NCBI RefSeq assembly: GCF_009914755.1
Contig: NC_060928.1
Length of the DNA stretch: 64,000 nt
Source: the human T2T-CHM13v2.0 reference genome, Homo sapiens
Reading direction: 5' to 3' (one strand)
Each line of letters starts with the position of its first letter. Positions within the stretch are counted from its first letter, which is position 1. The notes beneath the pieces are model-generated. The model was not told the DNA's origin. It was given only the letters and a program-made list of their open reading frames with translations, and made no database searches. The position numbers were made by a program, and so were the translations under genes. Of the stretch, positions 1-17,843 are shown one piece after another.

Positions 1-166
1 GGATTACAGGCGCCTGCCACCACACCAGGCTAATTTTTGTATTTTTAGTAGAGACAGGGTTTCACCATGTTGGCCAAGCTGGTCTCGAACTCCTGACCTC
101 AAGTGATCTGCCTGCCTCCACCTCCCAAAATGCTGGGATTACAGGCATGAGCCACCGTGCCCAGCC
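1..166 (-). mobile_element. Alu (AluS-like), truncated by window edge
   Basis: Reverse-complement Alu motifs GGATTACAGGCG, TTTTTGTATTTTTAGTAGAGAC and CTCCCAAAATGCTGGGATTACAGGCATGAGCCACC. Confidence 0.95.
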
Positions 167-219
167 CCCCCTTATTTTTTTTTTATAAGAACAATAATCC
201 CATTCGTAAGGATGGATAT

Positions 220-345
220 GGCCAGGTGCAGTGGTGCATATCTATAGTCCCGGCTACTCAGAAGGCTGAGGCAGAAGGATCGTTCGAGCCCAGTAGTTGG
301 AGACCCAGCCTAGGCAACAAAGCAAGAACCTGTCTCAAAACCACA
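220..345 (+). mobile_element. Alu monomer (FLAM/FRAM-like)
   Basis: GGCCAGGTGCAGTGG...GGCTGAGGCAGAAGGATC...CCAGCCTAGGCAAC...CTGTCTCAAAA; single arm. Confidence 0.8.
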
Positions 346-711
346 ACAACACAAAAAACAAGCGGCAGCTTCAGCAAATGGAATTATAAGGTGGATGTAT
401 AGTACTCTCAAACACCATAACACTGAAAAAAAAAATCAGAGGAAAAAGAGAACTAAACTCTGCACAGGAAAAAAGGCAGTGGGTAGTATTTTTCAAATGT
501 CTTGACATTCTAAGAAGTCTCTCAACAGTTAATAAATACGATTTTCTTTGGAAACTGCCTGTGAAATATTTTAATATTTAAGATTTGTTTTGGTTATTAA
601 GCTTATGTAACATGCCAAGGCAGAAATTAAGTTACAAAAATTCTTGTCACAGTTGGATATGACAACAACCCATTAGTCTAGACCTTAAAATGAAACTAGT
701 TCATACAGTAA

Positions 712-1015
712 TTTTTTTTTTTTTTTTGAGACAGGAGCTTGCTCTGTCATCCAGGCTGGAGTGCAGCATGCAACGCCAGCTTACTGAAACCTCTGCCTCC
801 TGGGCTTAAGCCATCCTCTCACCTCAGCCTCCCGAGTAGCTGGGACTACAAGCGCATGCCACCACACCCAGCTAATTTTCTTTTTTTTTTTGATGTTTTG
901 TTGAGACAGGGTCTCACTATATTGCCCGGGCTGTTCTCTAACTCCTGGGCTCAAATGATCCTCCTGCCTCAGCCTCTCAAAGTGTTGCAATTACACGCGT
1001 GAGCCACCACAACCC
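712..1015 (-). mobile_element. Alu (AluJ-like)
   Basis: Poly-T followed by GAGACAGG...CTCCTGGGCTCAA...GTGAGCCACC; J-type GGGCTCAA diagnostics. Confidence 0.9.
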
Positions 1016-1376
1016 ACCCATAATAAATATTTGTAATTTCTACAATGCTTGTCATCTGCAGCCCTTCAATGACCAGCAAACACAAATAGCCTTATTTTCC
1101 TGTGGTTGAATACATTTCATAACACCTGGTAGCCAAGCTTACTCTGAGCCCCATGAGACAGGAAGGGAAGTATATGCTTAGATCAAGACACTTTGTATCT
1201 TGCAAGAAAAGAAATGGGTGCTAAAAGGTAAGTGGCCTGACAACATTTCCTAGAGAAATGCGTGAGGTATGGGGAACTCTGAGTAGAGCCCAGATTTTTC
1301 TTCTGGGAATCATCAGCTCTGAGGAATTAAGGGAAAGGTGAAATCATGGTTTGTCCTGTGTTGAAAAGTTTAGTAA

Positions 1377-2076
<700 letters not shown>

Positions 2077-2282
2077 AGTTCCCTACTCTTTTATACCATT
2101 AGGATATAAACCAACAGACTGGTTGATTTGCACATTTAGAACAGCTTTTCTGGTACTTAGTGTCTGTCAAAATATGGAGAAAACAATGTAACAGAATCAG
2201 TGGTCAGCTGAGTTCACTTGAGTCCTGGCCCTGCCAACAAGTTAGCTATGTGCCCTTGGGCGTATCTCACTGTCAGACCTCA

Positions 2283-2490
2283 GAAGAGGAAGGAAGGGAG
2301 GGAGAGAGAGTGAGTGATTGAGAGAGAGAGAGAGAGAGGAAAGGAAGGAAGGAAGGAAGGAAGGAGGGAGGGAGGGAAGGGTGGGCGAAAAAAGAGAAGA
2401 AGAGAGGGAAAGAAAGGGAGAGTGATGAAGGGAGAAAGGGAGTAAAGGAAGGAGGGAAGGAGGAAGAAAAGAAAGGGAGGGATGGAAAAA
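2283..2490. repeat. Polypurine low-complexity tract with (GA)n, (GGAA)n and (GGGA)n
   Basis: Almost only A/G on the + strand. Confidence 0.9.
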
Positions 2491-2872
2491 AGATGGAACA
2501 AAATGATTATGAAGCTCTGTTTCAGTTGTAATAGTCAAAACCATGATTCTTTTTTATTTCCTTTTCCTTTTTCTTCTTTACAACACAAGAGCAACTTCAC
2601 AAGAAAAAATGCAAAGTCACAATTGATAGATACACATGGCTTTCTCCCATCTGGTTTTGGCAGGACATCCAATGATTCCTTTGTTCTAAAAAAATATTTA
2701 AAATCATAGATGATAAAAACAAATGGAAAAACATTCCATGCTCATGGATTGCAAGAATTAATATCATTCGAATGGCCATACTGCCCAAAGCAATCTACAG
2801 ATTCAACACTATTCCTATCAAACTACCAATGTCATTTTTTACAGAATTAGAAAAAAACTATCCCAGAATTCT

Positions 2873-3171
2873 TTTTTTTCTTTTTTCTTTTTTTTTTTTT
2901 TTGAGACGGAGTCTCGCTCAGTGCAATGGTGTGATCTCAGCTCACTGCAACCTCTGCCTCCCAGACTCAAGCAATTTTTCTGCTTCAGCCTCCCAAGTAG
3001 CTAGGATTATAGGCACCCACCAACATGCCCAGCAAATTTTTGTATTTTTAGTAGAGACGGGGTTTCACCCTGTTGGCCAGGCTGGTCTTGAACTCCTGAC
3101 CTCAGGTGATCCACCCACCTCGGCGTCTGAGGCTGAGGCACACTTACAGGTGTGAGCCACTGTGCCCGGCC
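2873..3171 (-). mobile_element. Alu inserted in L1
   Basis: Reverse dimeric Alu interrupting L1 ORF2. Confidence 0.92.
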
Positions 3172-3829
3172 CTCAAATTCATATGGAACCAAAAAAAAAC
3201 AAAAGAAAAAAAAAGCTTGAATAGCTACAGCAATCCTAAGCAAAAAGAACAAAGCCAGAGACATCACATTATACAACTTCAAATTATACTATAAGGTTAG
3301 AAAGAACCAACACAGCATGACACTGGTATAAAAACAGACACACAGACCAATGGAACAGAATGAAAACCCCAGAAATAAAGCTGCACACCTACAACCATCT
3401 GATCTTCAATAAAGTTGACAAAAACAACAATGGGGAGAGGATTCTCTATTTAATAAAATAAAAGGTGCTGGAATTACTGGCTAGCCATATGCAGAAGAAT
3501 GAAACTGGATCCCTCCCTTTCATCATATACAAAAATTAACTCAAGATGGATTAAAAATTTAAGTGTAATACCTCAAACAATAAAAATCCCGGAAGAAAAC
3601 CTAGGAAATACCATTCTGGACATTGGCCTTAGCAAAGAACTTTTGATTAAGTCCTCAAAAGCAATTGCAATAAAAAAAAATTGACAAGTGGAACCTAACT
3701 AAACTAAAAAGGTTTTGCACAGCAAAGAAACTCTCAACAGACTAAACAGATAACCCACAGAATGGGAGAAAATTTTTGCAAACTATGCATTTGACAAAAG
3801 TCTAATGTCTAGAATCTGTGAGGAACTTA

Positions 3830-4405
<576 letters not shown>

Positions 4406-5439
4406 CTATGGAAAGCAGTTTGGAGATTTCTCAAAGAACTAAAAATAGAACTACCATTCCATCCAGCAATCTCATTACTGGGTATATATCCAAAAGAGAA
4501 TAAATTGTTCTACCAAAAAGACACAGGCACTTGTATGTTCATTACAGCACTATTCACAACAGCAAATATATGGAATCAACCTAGATACCCATCAGCAGTG
4601 AACTGGATAAAGAAAACGTGATACATATACAGCATGGAATACAATACAGCCATAAAAAAGAATGAAATCATGTCCTTTGTAGCAATATGGATGCAGTTGG
4701 AGGCCATGATCCTAAGGAAGTTAACACAGGAGCAGAAAACCAAATACTGCATGTTTTCACTTTAAATGGAAGCTAAACATTGGGTAGATATGGACATAAA
4801 GATGGGAACAGTAGACACTGACAACTGCTAGAAGGACAGATGGAGAGAGGCAAGGCCTGGAAAATGACCTATAGAGCACTATGCTTACTACCTGGGTGAT
4901 GGGACTATCTGTACCCCAAACCTCAGTGTCATGCAATATGTCAAGTAAGAAACCTACACATGTATCTCCTGAACATAAAATAAAAGTTGAAAAAATGCTT
5001 TGTGTTGTGTTTCCTCACAAGAAAGAAGCAGCTAACCAGTCTGGATCATCAGAGAGTGCCTCTCCTACCCAGTGGAAGGAGATCCTTTTGCTTGGCTGGG
5101 GCAGAATTATTAGCTGGCAGGTACAGAAACTGCAGGGGCATCTGGACATTGCATTTTCTTATCTCATTTTTGCACTTTGCCCGTATTAACCAACTACCTA
5201 GATCTTCACTGCATACCACATGGACTGTGAATGGCTGCTTTCACTTGCTTTGCTGTTAAGTCATATTAATATACGTGTATCAAATTTCTAGAAAATAATG
5301 TCTTTGCAGTGTAGGGAATATGATGAAACCAATGGCACTGTCCCTACCCTAGTGAGATTTGAATGGGCATAGAGAAATGTGCTCTTTCTCTTCAAGGCAT
5401 GCAACTTGGCCTCCCCTTTCCTTCTCTTTGTTTGGATTC

Positions 5440-5995
5440 TTGTAGTTGCAAAGGCTAGAAAAACTCTATTAATAAAATTTCCCATAGCAAAATGGGGATC
5501 TCTACTGGCTTTTAACACAGACCAGTTTGCACACAGCCGGATTTCGGGATTCAATTATGTTACTGAGTCAGGTCCATCTCTTGGCTAGAATTTCCCTCAT
5601 GTACACTTTACTCTCTGGAAGGTCATCGTCAGAAAGGTGAAGCCCAGCAGAACAGCTGGCCTAATCTTCACAACTTTCATCCAGCAACAAAAAAAATAAT
5701 ACCTCTTTTCTGGTCCCTTCAGCAATAGTTGTGGGATTGGTTCAGAGTGGGTCTGATTGGGTGGGTGCCATTCCTGAATCAGTCACTGTGGCTAAGGGAA
5801 GGGATGCTCCGATTGGTCTGGTCTTAGTTAACAGTCAACAAAAGGAGCTGAGAATGTGGTTGACCCCACTTACTCAGCTACAGGGACTGACAATGGGCAG
5901 GGGACAAAATTTCCCAAGAGAAAGGAAGGACACCTTTACTTAACTCCAAGAAGAGTGAATGAATACTGGCCGGGCTATGTGAACCAATATCCACA
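5440..5995 (-). mobile_element. Degenerate MaLR LTR (MLT1K-like)
   Basis: Resemblance: GTTGCAAAGGCTAGAAAAACTC...GATTGGGTGGGTGCCATTCCTGAATCAGTCACTGTGGCTAAGGG; highly diverged. Confidence 0.45.
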
Positions 5996-7247
5996 TTATC
6001 CTATAACATGAATCTTCTGAATCTCTTCATTCAGAAGAATAAGGGAGACTAAGCAGGCAGAGGGACGATGAGATCAACCAGGTTGAAGTTGGATACTTGA
6101 CCAACCCCAGTATCATTTTATCCTAAGGACTAACTGAACCAAGTACTAAGTAGACTGTCCACTTTTCTGTTTATCTTTGTCATATCACAAGTTAGAATTC
6201 TTACAAATCCTTAGTAAAGCTGCTCCTTATAATGTACACAGGGTTTTGCTACATTATTGTTTAAATGTTGAAAAGGGTTTCTTTTTTCATCCCTCATTGC
6301 ATTTTGGTTTTTCATAGTGTGCAATTTTGCTGCATTTATAATCATTATGTACTTTGTTTTGGGAGAATGCATTTTGTCATAAAAGCTCTTCACACAGCAA
6401 GAGGAATGATCAGCTTCACGATCAATATCCCAGGACAACCTGTTTTTTTTCCTCCCTAAAAATATTAAAAATAAATTGTAAAACTATATGTATAGAAATT
6501 GAATAAAGAAACTGAAACCATTTTGATTCTTTTAATCAAGAAATAATTAATGTGTGCATGACAATATTAGAATATTATTTTTAAAAGGCTGTATGTATTT
6601 CTTTCCCTTTTCCTTTCACAAAGTTGTCATTTAAATCTAGCTTTGTTTGTGATATAATAATGCAGCACTTGTGCACAAAGTGTGACAAAACTAACAGAAA
6701 GACTTCTTATGAATAGGAAAAATGAATGTTTTTTAACTTAAAGGAAACTGTATTTAAAATTCAATTTTTGAAAAATATAATAAAGTCAAATATAAATATT
6801 ATGAACAGATGTTTCTTAAGAAGCTTCTGAAATGAATAGTCACCATCTGGAACCATTTACAAGGAGAAGAAGGTAAGCACGCACCTGTTTCTTTCTTTAA
6901 AAAGATGTAATCTCTGTCCCAAATTATAAAGAAGTATGGCAGTTACCATAAAAATGTAATACTCAATTTGTCAAACTGTTTAGAAAAATATTGATAAGAA
7001 TGTAGATGGTTTAGAAAAGTGTGCTTCTAAAAGGCTTAATCTGTCTTCAGATTTGTTTATAATTTTTTAAAGATAAAACTCTTTAAAGTGGATGCATGTT
7101 CTAAGTTTCAAAAAACATGCGCAAAACCTCAATAGACACTATCACTGCTGCTGCCACCACTATCATCCAAGGTATCTATTTGCTCATTATTGCATGTTAG
7201 ATACTCCACAACAAAAGTTGAACCCATATACTCCTTCCAGTTAATAT

Positions 7248-7900
<653 letters not shown>

Positions 7901-8470
7901 GCTGTTTGCCTGCAGCAGGAGGCTTTTAATTTCTCCCTGTCTTAGGATTGAGAGGGTGATACAAAAGTTGCTAAAAGATTTTGGGAACTTCTGGCTACTG
8001 TCCTTGAACTGTAGGGAGGTAGGCATAGTTGCAGGGACATAGTGCAAAAGAGAAGATGCTGGGATTTACAGATAGATCTTGATTTGCAGATTGGAGGCTC
8101 TAAATAAACAAAATAGGAAAAACTCATGGGGTTTGTATAGAAATACAATTAACTTATTGAGGAGGATAATCTATTTTAAATTATTTTGGCATATTTTTAA
8201 TATAATTACAAATGAGGCTAATCTCTTTATCAAAACTCTTCCTTCCTATAAATGAATTCTTCTTGTTCAATAGTTAGCTCCACATGCTGTATGTTCTTCT
8301 AAAACACTCAACTACTTTATCTGTAAGTTAATTCATTTCCTAGCTAATTCATCTTAATTAGAATACTTTTACCATAACTGAATTGAGTTGTATTAACTCC
8401 ATTAGTAAATTTATCTGAAAGTTCTTGAAACAAAATTTCAAAGAGTGAAGCAATGAAGAGTTACTTTTCA

Positions 8471-8809
<339 letters not shown>

Positions 8810-9104
8810 TTATTGGTTACTTCCCTGGCATCTATCTTCCAGTTTTCCCTTTACCTTTACTCCACAATGTGAAAACCTCCACAGTGTAAAACCCTCATTC
8901 CTGGTCATGTGATTTGGGTGGAACCAACTTTACTCCAAATGACAGGGGTGGGCTCTGATTGGCTTATGTCCCATGGTCACTTGTGTTGGTTCTGGGGTGA
9001 TATGCTGCACAGTCAGAGACAACAAGATGCCAGGAGATGTTTGTTGGCCTTCTGTTGTGGAAAAGCTGGGCAATTTCCCTGCATGGTATGAGAACTAGAA
9101 TTGC

Positions 9105-9402
<298 letters not shown>

Positions 9403-9424
9403 TGATAACTAGAATTATGGAAGT

Positions 9425-9503
9425 TTCCTTCCTTCCTTCCTTCCTTCCTTCCTTCCTTCCTTCCTTCCTTCCTTCCTTCCTTCCTTCCCTCCCTGCTTGC
9501 TTG

Positions 9504-9538
<35 letters not shown>

Positions 9539-9540
9539 TT
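9425..9540. repeat. Compound microsatellite (TTCC)n-(TTGC)n-(TTTC)n forming the tail of an antisense Alu
   Basis: Directly visible. Confidence 0.95.
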
Positions 9541-9825
9541 TTTGACTGAGTCTTGCTGTATCGCCCAGGCTGGAGTGCAGTGGGGACGATTTCGGCTCAC
9601 TGCAACCTCTGCCTCCTGGATTCAAGCGATCCTCCTGCCTCAGCCTCCTGAGTAGCTGGGATTACAGGCATGCACCACCAGGCCCAGCTAATTTCTGTAT
9701 TTTTTAGTAGAGATGGGATTTCACCATGTTGGCCAGGCTGGTCTTGAACTCCTGACCTCAGGTGATCTGCCCACCTCGGCCTCCCAAAGTGCTGGGATTA
9801 CACGTGTGAACCACCAGGCCCAGCC
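9535..9825 (-). mobile_element. Alu (AluS)
   Basis: Reverse dimeric Alu, tail-to-tail with the AluY at 9105-9402. Confidence 0.93.
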
Positions 9826-9839
9826 AGAAGTCATTTTTC

Positions 9840-10100
9840 TATAAGCAGAGGAAAGGAGATCCTAGAGTTGCCAGAGAGCCACAAAGTGGAGTCTAACGGT
9901 AAAGCCAGACCATAGAAGGCAGAAAAGAGACATATAGAAAAAAAATGGGTCCTTGGAAACATTATTCGAGCTGCTAGATACAGCCTTGCCTGAAGTTAAC
10001 ATTGCCTCTGGAGTTTTTGCTGATGAGACCGATAAATTTCTATTATTATTTAAACCAAATTGAGTTGTTTTCCTCACTTGCAAGTGAAAGATCACTGAAA
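9840..10100 (+). mobile_element. MaLR LTR 3' part (MLT1K/L-like)
   Basis: GAGCTGCTAGATACAGCCTTGCCTGAAG...GATAAATTTC...TTTAAACCAAATTGAGTTG...CACTTGCAAGTGAAAGA resembles an MLT1 3' end. Confidence 0.5.
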
Positions 10101-10243
10101 CAATCTGTACCTCTTAGTTTCCAGGTTTGCCTCAAGCACCCTAGTTCAGGCCCTCTTTCCTCTTGCCTGGACTACTGCACTCTCTTAACTACAGGCCCTA
10201 TTTCAAGACTTTACCTTCAGATCTCTACTTCCCTACTGGGTTA

Positions 10244-10250
<7 letters not shown>

Positions 10251-10275
<25 letters not shown>

Positions 10276-10564
10276 AGACAGAGTCTCGCTCTGTCACCAA
10301 GGCTGGAGTGCAGTGACGCAATCTCTGCTCCTTGCAACCTCCGCCTCCCGGGTTCAAGCAATTCCCCTGCCTCAGCCTCCTGAGTAGCTGGGATTACAGG
10401 CATGCACCACCACGCCCAGCTAATTCCAGCTAATTTTTGTATTTTTAGTAGAGAGAAGGTTTCACCATATTGGCCAGGCTGGTCTTGAACTCCTGACCTC
10501 GTGATCCACCCGCCTCGGCCTCCCAAAGTGCTGGGATTACAGGCGTAAGCCACTGCGCCAGCCC
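10251..10564 (-). mobile_element. Alu (AluS)
   Basis: Reverse Alu; TSD TGGGTTAATATCT; internal CCAGCTAATT duplication. Confidence 0.95.
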
Positions 10565-10777
10565 ATGGGTTAATATCTCTTAAGCACATCTACAGTCATA
10601 TCTCCTTGCTCAAAGACCTTCAGTGGGTCTCCAGTGCTGACTGGACTGTACTAAAAACAAACATCTTATTTTGACATTCCAGGCCCACCTCCGTGTTTCC
10701 CAGCCATTCTTAAGGCTTCCCATGATCTCCATTCAATGTTGGTAAGTCAGAAAATATCTTTTCACTTTTTCTTATTC

Positions 10778-11094
<317 letters not shown>

Positions 11095-11319
11095 TAGTGT
11101 TTAGCATTGTTGATGGCTCTCTACTAAGACGTTCTTTTCCCTAGTGTCTGTAATACAGCATTCAGATTGTTCTTCTCTACTCAAATATTAAATGTTGGAC
11201 TTTTTCACGTTTGTATTCTAGTATTGCTTTCTTCTGAGTTGACATACATCACATTTTCTGGACATCTCTCATCTATTCCTATGACTTAAAATTCCCCCTT
11301 TTTGTCTTTACTTTCTTTT

Positions 11320-12092
<773 letters not shown>

Positions 12093-12518
12093 AAATACCT
12101 TTTAAATGCCAATGACTCCTAAATCCAAGGCTCCAGCTGAGACTTCTCCTCTAAGTTTCAAGTCCCAACATCCATTTTTTCCATTGGACATCCTCATCTC
12201 AGCCTTTCCACGTTCCCCTTTCCTACTCCCATAGTTGTCACCACTTATCTAGGTGCTCATGCCAGAAATTTCGAAATTATGCTGGTCTCTTGCACCTTTT
12301 TAATTCTTCAAATCTAATCAAACACTAAATCCTCTCAATTCTACATGCTAAACATCTCTTGTCTTTGTTACTTCTCTCTGTTCCCTGGCCGTCACCCTCT
12401 AGGAAAAGCCAAAAATCACCTGTCCTGAACTATTCAATAGTCTCCTAACTGGTTTCCCAACTCCCACAACCTTTCAACATTTACTGGGGGGCTTAATTAA
12501 AAATACTAAACACAAATT

Positions 12519-13290
12519 GGGCTGGACGCAGTGGCTCATGCCTGTATTTACTTTTTTTTAATTTAAATTTAATTTCTTTTATTTTTTTAAACAGAAATTC
12601 ACTCTGTCACCCAGGCTTGAGTGCAGTGGTGTGATCTTGGCTCACTGCAGCTTCTCTGCCTCCCAGGTTCAAGCGATTCTCCTGCCTCAGCTTCCTGAGT
12701 AGCTGGGATTACAGGCACACACCACCACCCCTGGCTAATTTTTGTATTTTTAGCAGAGATGGGGTTTCGCCATGTTTGACAAGCTGGTCTCAAACTCCTG
12801 GCTTCAATCGATCTGCCTGCCTTGGCCTCCCAAAGTGCTGAGATTATAGGCATGAGCCACCATAAAATACTTTTTAAAATTTTAAAAATACAGAAGGAGT
12901 CTCACTATGCTGCCCAGACTGGTCTCAATCTCCTGGACTCAAGCAATCCTCCCATCTTGGCCTCCCAAAGTGCTGGGATTATAGTTGTGAGCCATTGTGC
13001 TGGCCTCATGTATATAATCCCAGCACTTTGGGAGACTGAAGTGGGAGGATTGCTTGAGGCCAGGAGTTCAAGACTAGCCTGGGCAACATAGCCAGACCTT
13101 GTTTCTACAAAAACAAGAAAACTATCCAGGTGTGGTGGCGCATGCGTATCATCCTAGCTACTCAGGAGGCTGAGGTGGGAAGATCGCTGGAGCCTAGGAA
13201 TTTGAGGCTGCAGTAAGCTATGATTGCCGCCACTGCACTCCAGGCTGAGCAACAGAGTGAGACCCTGTCTCTTGAAAATAAATAAATAAA
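12519..13290 (+). mobile_element. AluJ-like element interrupted near its 5' end by antisense Alu sequence (~12560-13005)
   Basis: GGCTGGACGCAGTGGCTCATGCCTGTA breaks off at ~12546 and resumes ATAATCCCAGCACTTTGGGAG at ~13014; a reverse dimer plus a reverse monomer lie between. Confidence 0.8.
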
Positions 13291-14149
13291 CACAAATTCT
13301 GTCTTTCCTTTTTAAAATGTCATGCTTACATGTGCGTGAAGATTGAAAATAAATTAAAAAGGAAGCTAAATGTTTTGCATAAAATAAATTTCTCAAAGTA
13401 TATTATTAGCTTGTGAAATAAAGAAGCGGATACAGATGCCCCTTTTAAAATAATATTTTAAAACCATTATTTAAATAAGTCTCTTACAAAGGAGTATATT
13501 TGAGAAAGCAAAGAAGTAAAAACTCTCAAACCTCTTAGCATGTTTCTATCTTCGTATCTATTTGCCACAGTGGAGAGAATTGCTGACAAAAAAAAAGTTA
13601 AGTACTATAGGTCATGCAAATAGGCAGTTGCTAATGACAATGTTACAAGTTAAAAATTTGAATTATAAACGTTGAATTAATTTTCATTGCATGTGGTTTC
13701 TTTTGATAAGATCCTTTTAAATGTAGTCTAAATTTTAATTTATTGCACTTAAAAATAAAATCAATGCCATTTATTAAAAGAAAATGTGGGCTGATTGTTA
13801 ATTCAGCCTTTGTGTTTGGGGTAAATGAGTCAGAACCTCCTAGCATCTAAGCTTTTCTTAGGTGGTAAAGGGAAATTCTTGGGAACCTTTATTAACTTTT
13901 CCTAGCCACATGAACATGTTCAAAAAGCTACAGTTCGAAAGCTGTGCTAACAAAGAAGAATGCAGGGCCCAAACTCAAACTGATTGCACTGTTCAGTTCA
14001 CTCAGTAAACAGTCATTTCCTACATTAGCCAGTTATCAGAGCTTTAGGAGATATGCCAAATACACATAATTAGTTTTTGAAAACTTAGTACATAATAACT
14101 GCATTTAAGGCCAAAAATATACTAAACATAATTTTAGGTATTTGTGAAC

Positions 14150-14520
14150 TTAATAATTGATACTGTTCATAGCATTATGCTACATGCCCTGCATGCACTA
14201 TCTCATTTAATCCTCCCAACAATTCAATGTGATATGTACTATTATTCTCTATTCCCTTTACACAATGGAGGCAATTGAGGCTCAGAGTGGTTAAGTAACT
14301 TGACCATAGCCACACGGCTAGGGGGAGCTAGAATTACGGGCCATGGAGCTGGGTGTGGTCGTGGGTGCCTATACTCCCAGATGGGAGGATCCCTTGAGCC
14401 CAGCAGCATAAGGGCAGCCTGGGCAACAAAAATAAGACCCTGTCTCTGAAAAACAAAACAAAACAAGCCATGTTTTCCGACTCTGAAGCCAGTAGATTTA
14501 GTCACAATTGTGTACTACTT
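14150..14520 (-). mobile_element. MIR split by a forward Alu monomer (~14345-14465)
   Basis: MIR core TCTCATTTAATCCTCCCAACAA...TTGAGGCTCAGAGTGGTTAAGTAACTTG. Confidence 0.7.
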
Positions 14521-14868
14521 CTTTTTAGATTACAAATTTGAATATTCCTGTCCTGTAAGGTGTGGAAATGATAATACCAATTTCTGATTATACAATAATG
14601 AAAAGCTGAATTTGACGCCATATTTAATTTTTCAAATTTCTCACAGGAAATATATGTTTCTCCCAGAGAGAGTTTTAGCAATCAAAAAACAGTTCTTCCA
14701 GGAAATGGGTGGACTTCTCTTATCTCAGGACACTTGGTGGCTTATCAGTATCAACTTGATTTCCCAATACTTGTTTTAGAGTAATTTAAATTCTATTAAT
14801 GCTGATAAGCCCTGCCCATCTCCGTATCAGTTACAGGATAGGACATCTGGGAGGCAGGCTCTGTTTGA

Positions 14869-15881
<1,013 letters not shown>

Positions 15882-16374
15882 TTCCTGTCATGTGTTAGGC
15901 ACTGTGCTCCCCACTTTTATCTGGTAATATTGGCTTTTACAGTTGAGGAAACTGAGGCCCAGAAAGGTGTGACAGCCACAGTCACAGTAGTGCAGAACCC
16001 TAATGTGTCCGACTTTTATCCAACACTCTGCTCCGCAGCGCTGTCGGGTGAAGGCATGCACAGAGGCTGGAATCCAGCACTCACTGCCTGTTCAGAGTCC
16101 CAGGACAGGGCAACTCTGAGCCAGCACAGTGAGGGCTGTGAGAAACATGGGACACTGCCGCCTGCCTTTCAGAACAATGCAGTTTCGCTTCCTCTGGGAT
16201 CAAGTCCAACGACGATTGTACTTCCCAATCTCCTCTCCCAGTTTATTAACAGACGCAAGTTTTCTTTATCAAAAAAAATAAAAAACCTTTCCTTGACCTT
16301 GCTACACTTGGAAGCAACCCCCTTATCTTTCAGCTCTTCCTTGCTCAACCTCTCTTAAAAGGGGTTTACACCAA

Positions 16375-16641
16375 GGCCAGGCGCCATGGTTCGCGCCTGT
16401 AATCCCAGTATTTTGGGAGGCCAAGATGGGCAGATTACTTGAGGTCAGGTCGAGACCAGCCTGACCAATGTGGTGAAACGCCATCTCTACTAAAAATACA
16501 AATATGAGCTAGGCATGGTGGCACACGCTTGTAATCCCAGCTACTAAGGAGGCTGAGGCAGGAGAATCACTTGAATTTGGGTGGTGGAGGTTGCACTGCA
16601 CTCCAGCCTGGGTCACAGAGCAGACTCTGTCTCAGAAAAAA
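16375..16641 (+). mobile_element. Alu with internal deletions
   Basis: Dimeric Alu lacking the GTGAGCCGAGAT segment. Confidence 0.9.
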
Positions 16642-16682
16642 GGAGAGGCCGGGGGTAGGGTGGTTACACTAGCTGCCATGGG

Positions 16683-16787
16683 TAGGGTGGCCCTGGGTTA
16701 CCCAGGACATAGGAGTTTCCTGAAATGTGTGACTTTCTGTGCTAAAAAGGGGACAGTCCTAGACGCATTAGGACAGTTGGTGACCAT
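16683..16787. mobile_element. MER81-like hAT-Blackjack MITE
   Basis: Termini TAGGGTGGCC and GTTGGTGACCATA; internal GACTTTCTGTGCTAAAA. Confidence 0.6.
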
Positions 16788-17016
16788 AATACCAAGAGGA
16801 TCCTCTCCTTACTCTGGGCTTATGTTCAGATTTAACCTTAGGAATCTGCCTTTCTCCTCCATCCACTGAAACCAACACTAACACCTAAACTCAGTGGGTT
16901 TTGTTGTGTTTTCTTAGTTCTGGAGCATTTGACTGGTGAACTTTTCCTTCTTGAAATTCCTTGGTTTCTTTCTTCACCCTCAGTAGCCCCACAAAGTTAT
17001 AATTTTATTTCTTCTA

Positions 17017-17500
17017 GGTGGCTCATGCCTGAAATCCCAACACTTTGGGAGATTGAGGCAGGTGGATCACTTGAGGTCAGAAGTTCGAGACCAGCCTGGC
17101 CAATATGGCAAAACTGTGTCTCTACTAAAAATACAAAAATTGGCCAGCTATGGTGGGGTGCTTCTGTAATGGTATGGTGTACGGTATGGCCGGGTATGGT
17201 GGGGTACTTCTGTAATGGTAGGGTGTACAGTATGGCTGGGTATGGTGGGGTACTTCTGTAATGGTAGGGTGTACAGTATGGCTGGGTATGGTGGGGTGCT
17301 TCTGTAATGGTATGGTGTACGGTATGGCCGGGTATGGTGGGGTGTTTCTGTGCTACTCAGGAGGCTGAGACACGATAATTACTTGAACTTGGGAGGTGGA
17401 GGTTGCAGTAAGCCGATATCACACCACTGCACTCCAACCTGGATGACAGAGTGAGACTCTATCTCAAAATAAATAAATAAATACAATAAATAAATAAATA
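17017..17500 (+). mobile_element. Alu containing an internal minisatellite
   Basis: Left arm to ~17140; right arm resumes GCTACTCAGGAGGCTGAG at ~17352; (TAAA)n tail. Confidence 0.9.
17149..17351. repeat. 46-bp minisatellite, about 4.4 copies
   Basis: Unit TATGGTGGGGTRCTTCTGTAATGGTAKGGTGTACRGTATGGCYGGG starts at 17149, 17195, 17241, 17287 and 17333. Confidence 0.95.
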
Positions 17501-17504
17501 TATA

Positions 17505-17843
<339 letters not shown>

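Noticed and set aside
6200-7100. AT-rich unique stretch as a possible conserved element or lncRNA exon (also 13300-14150 and 25780-27500)
   Set aside because: No motif, splice structure or homology I can support from sequence alone; conservation data would be needed.
17149-17351. CRISPR-like periodic array
   Set aside because: Head-to-tail tandem units with no unique spacers, in primate DNA with no cas genes.
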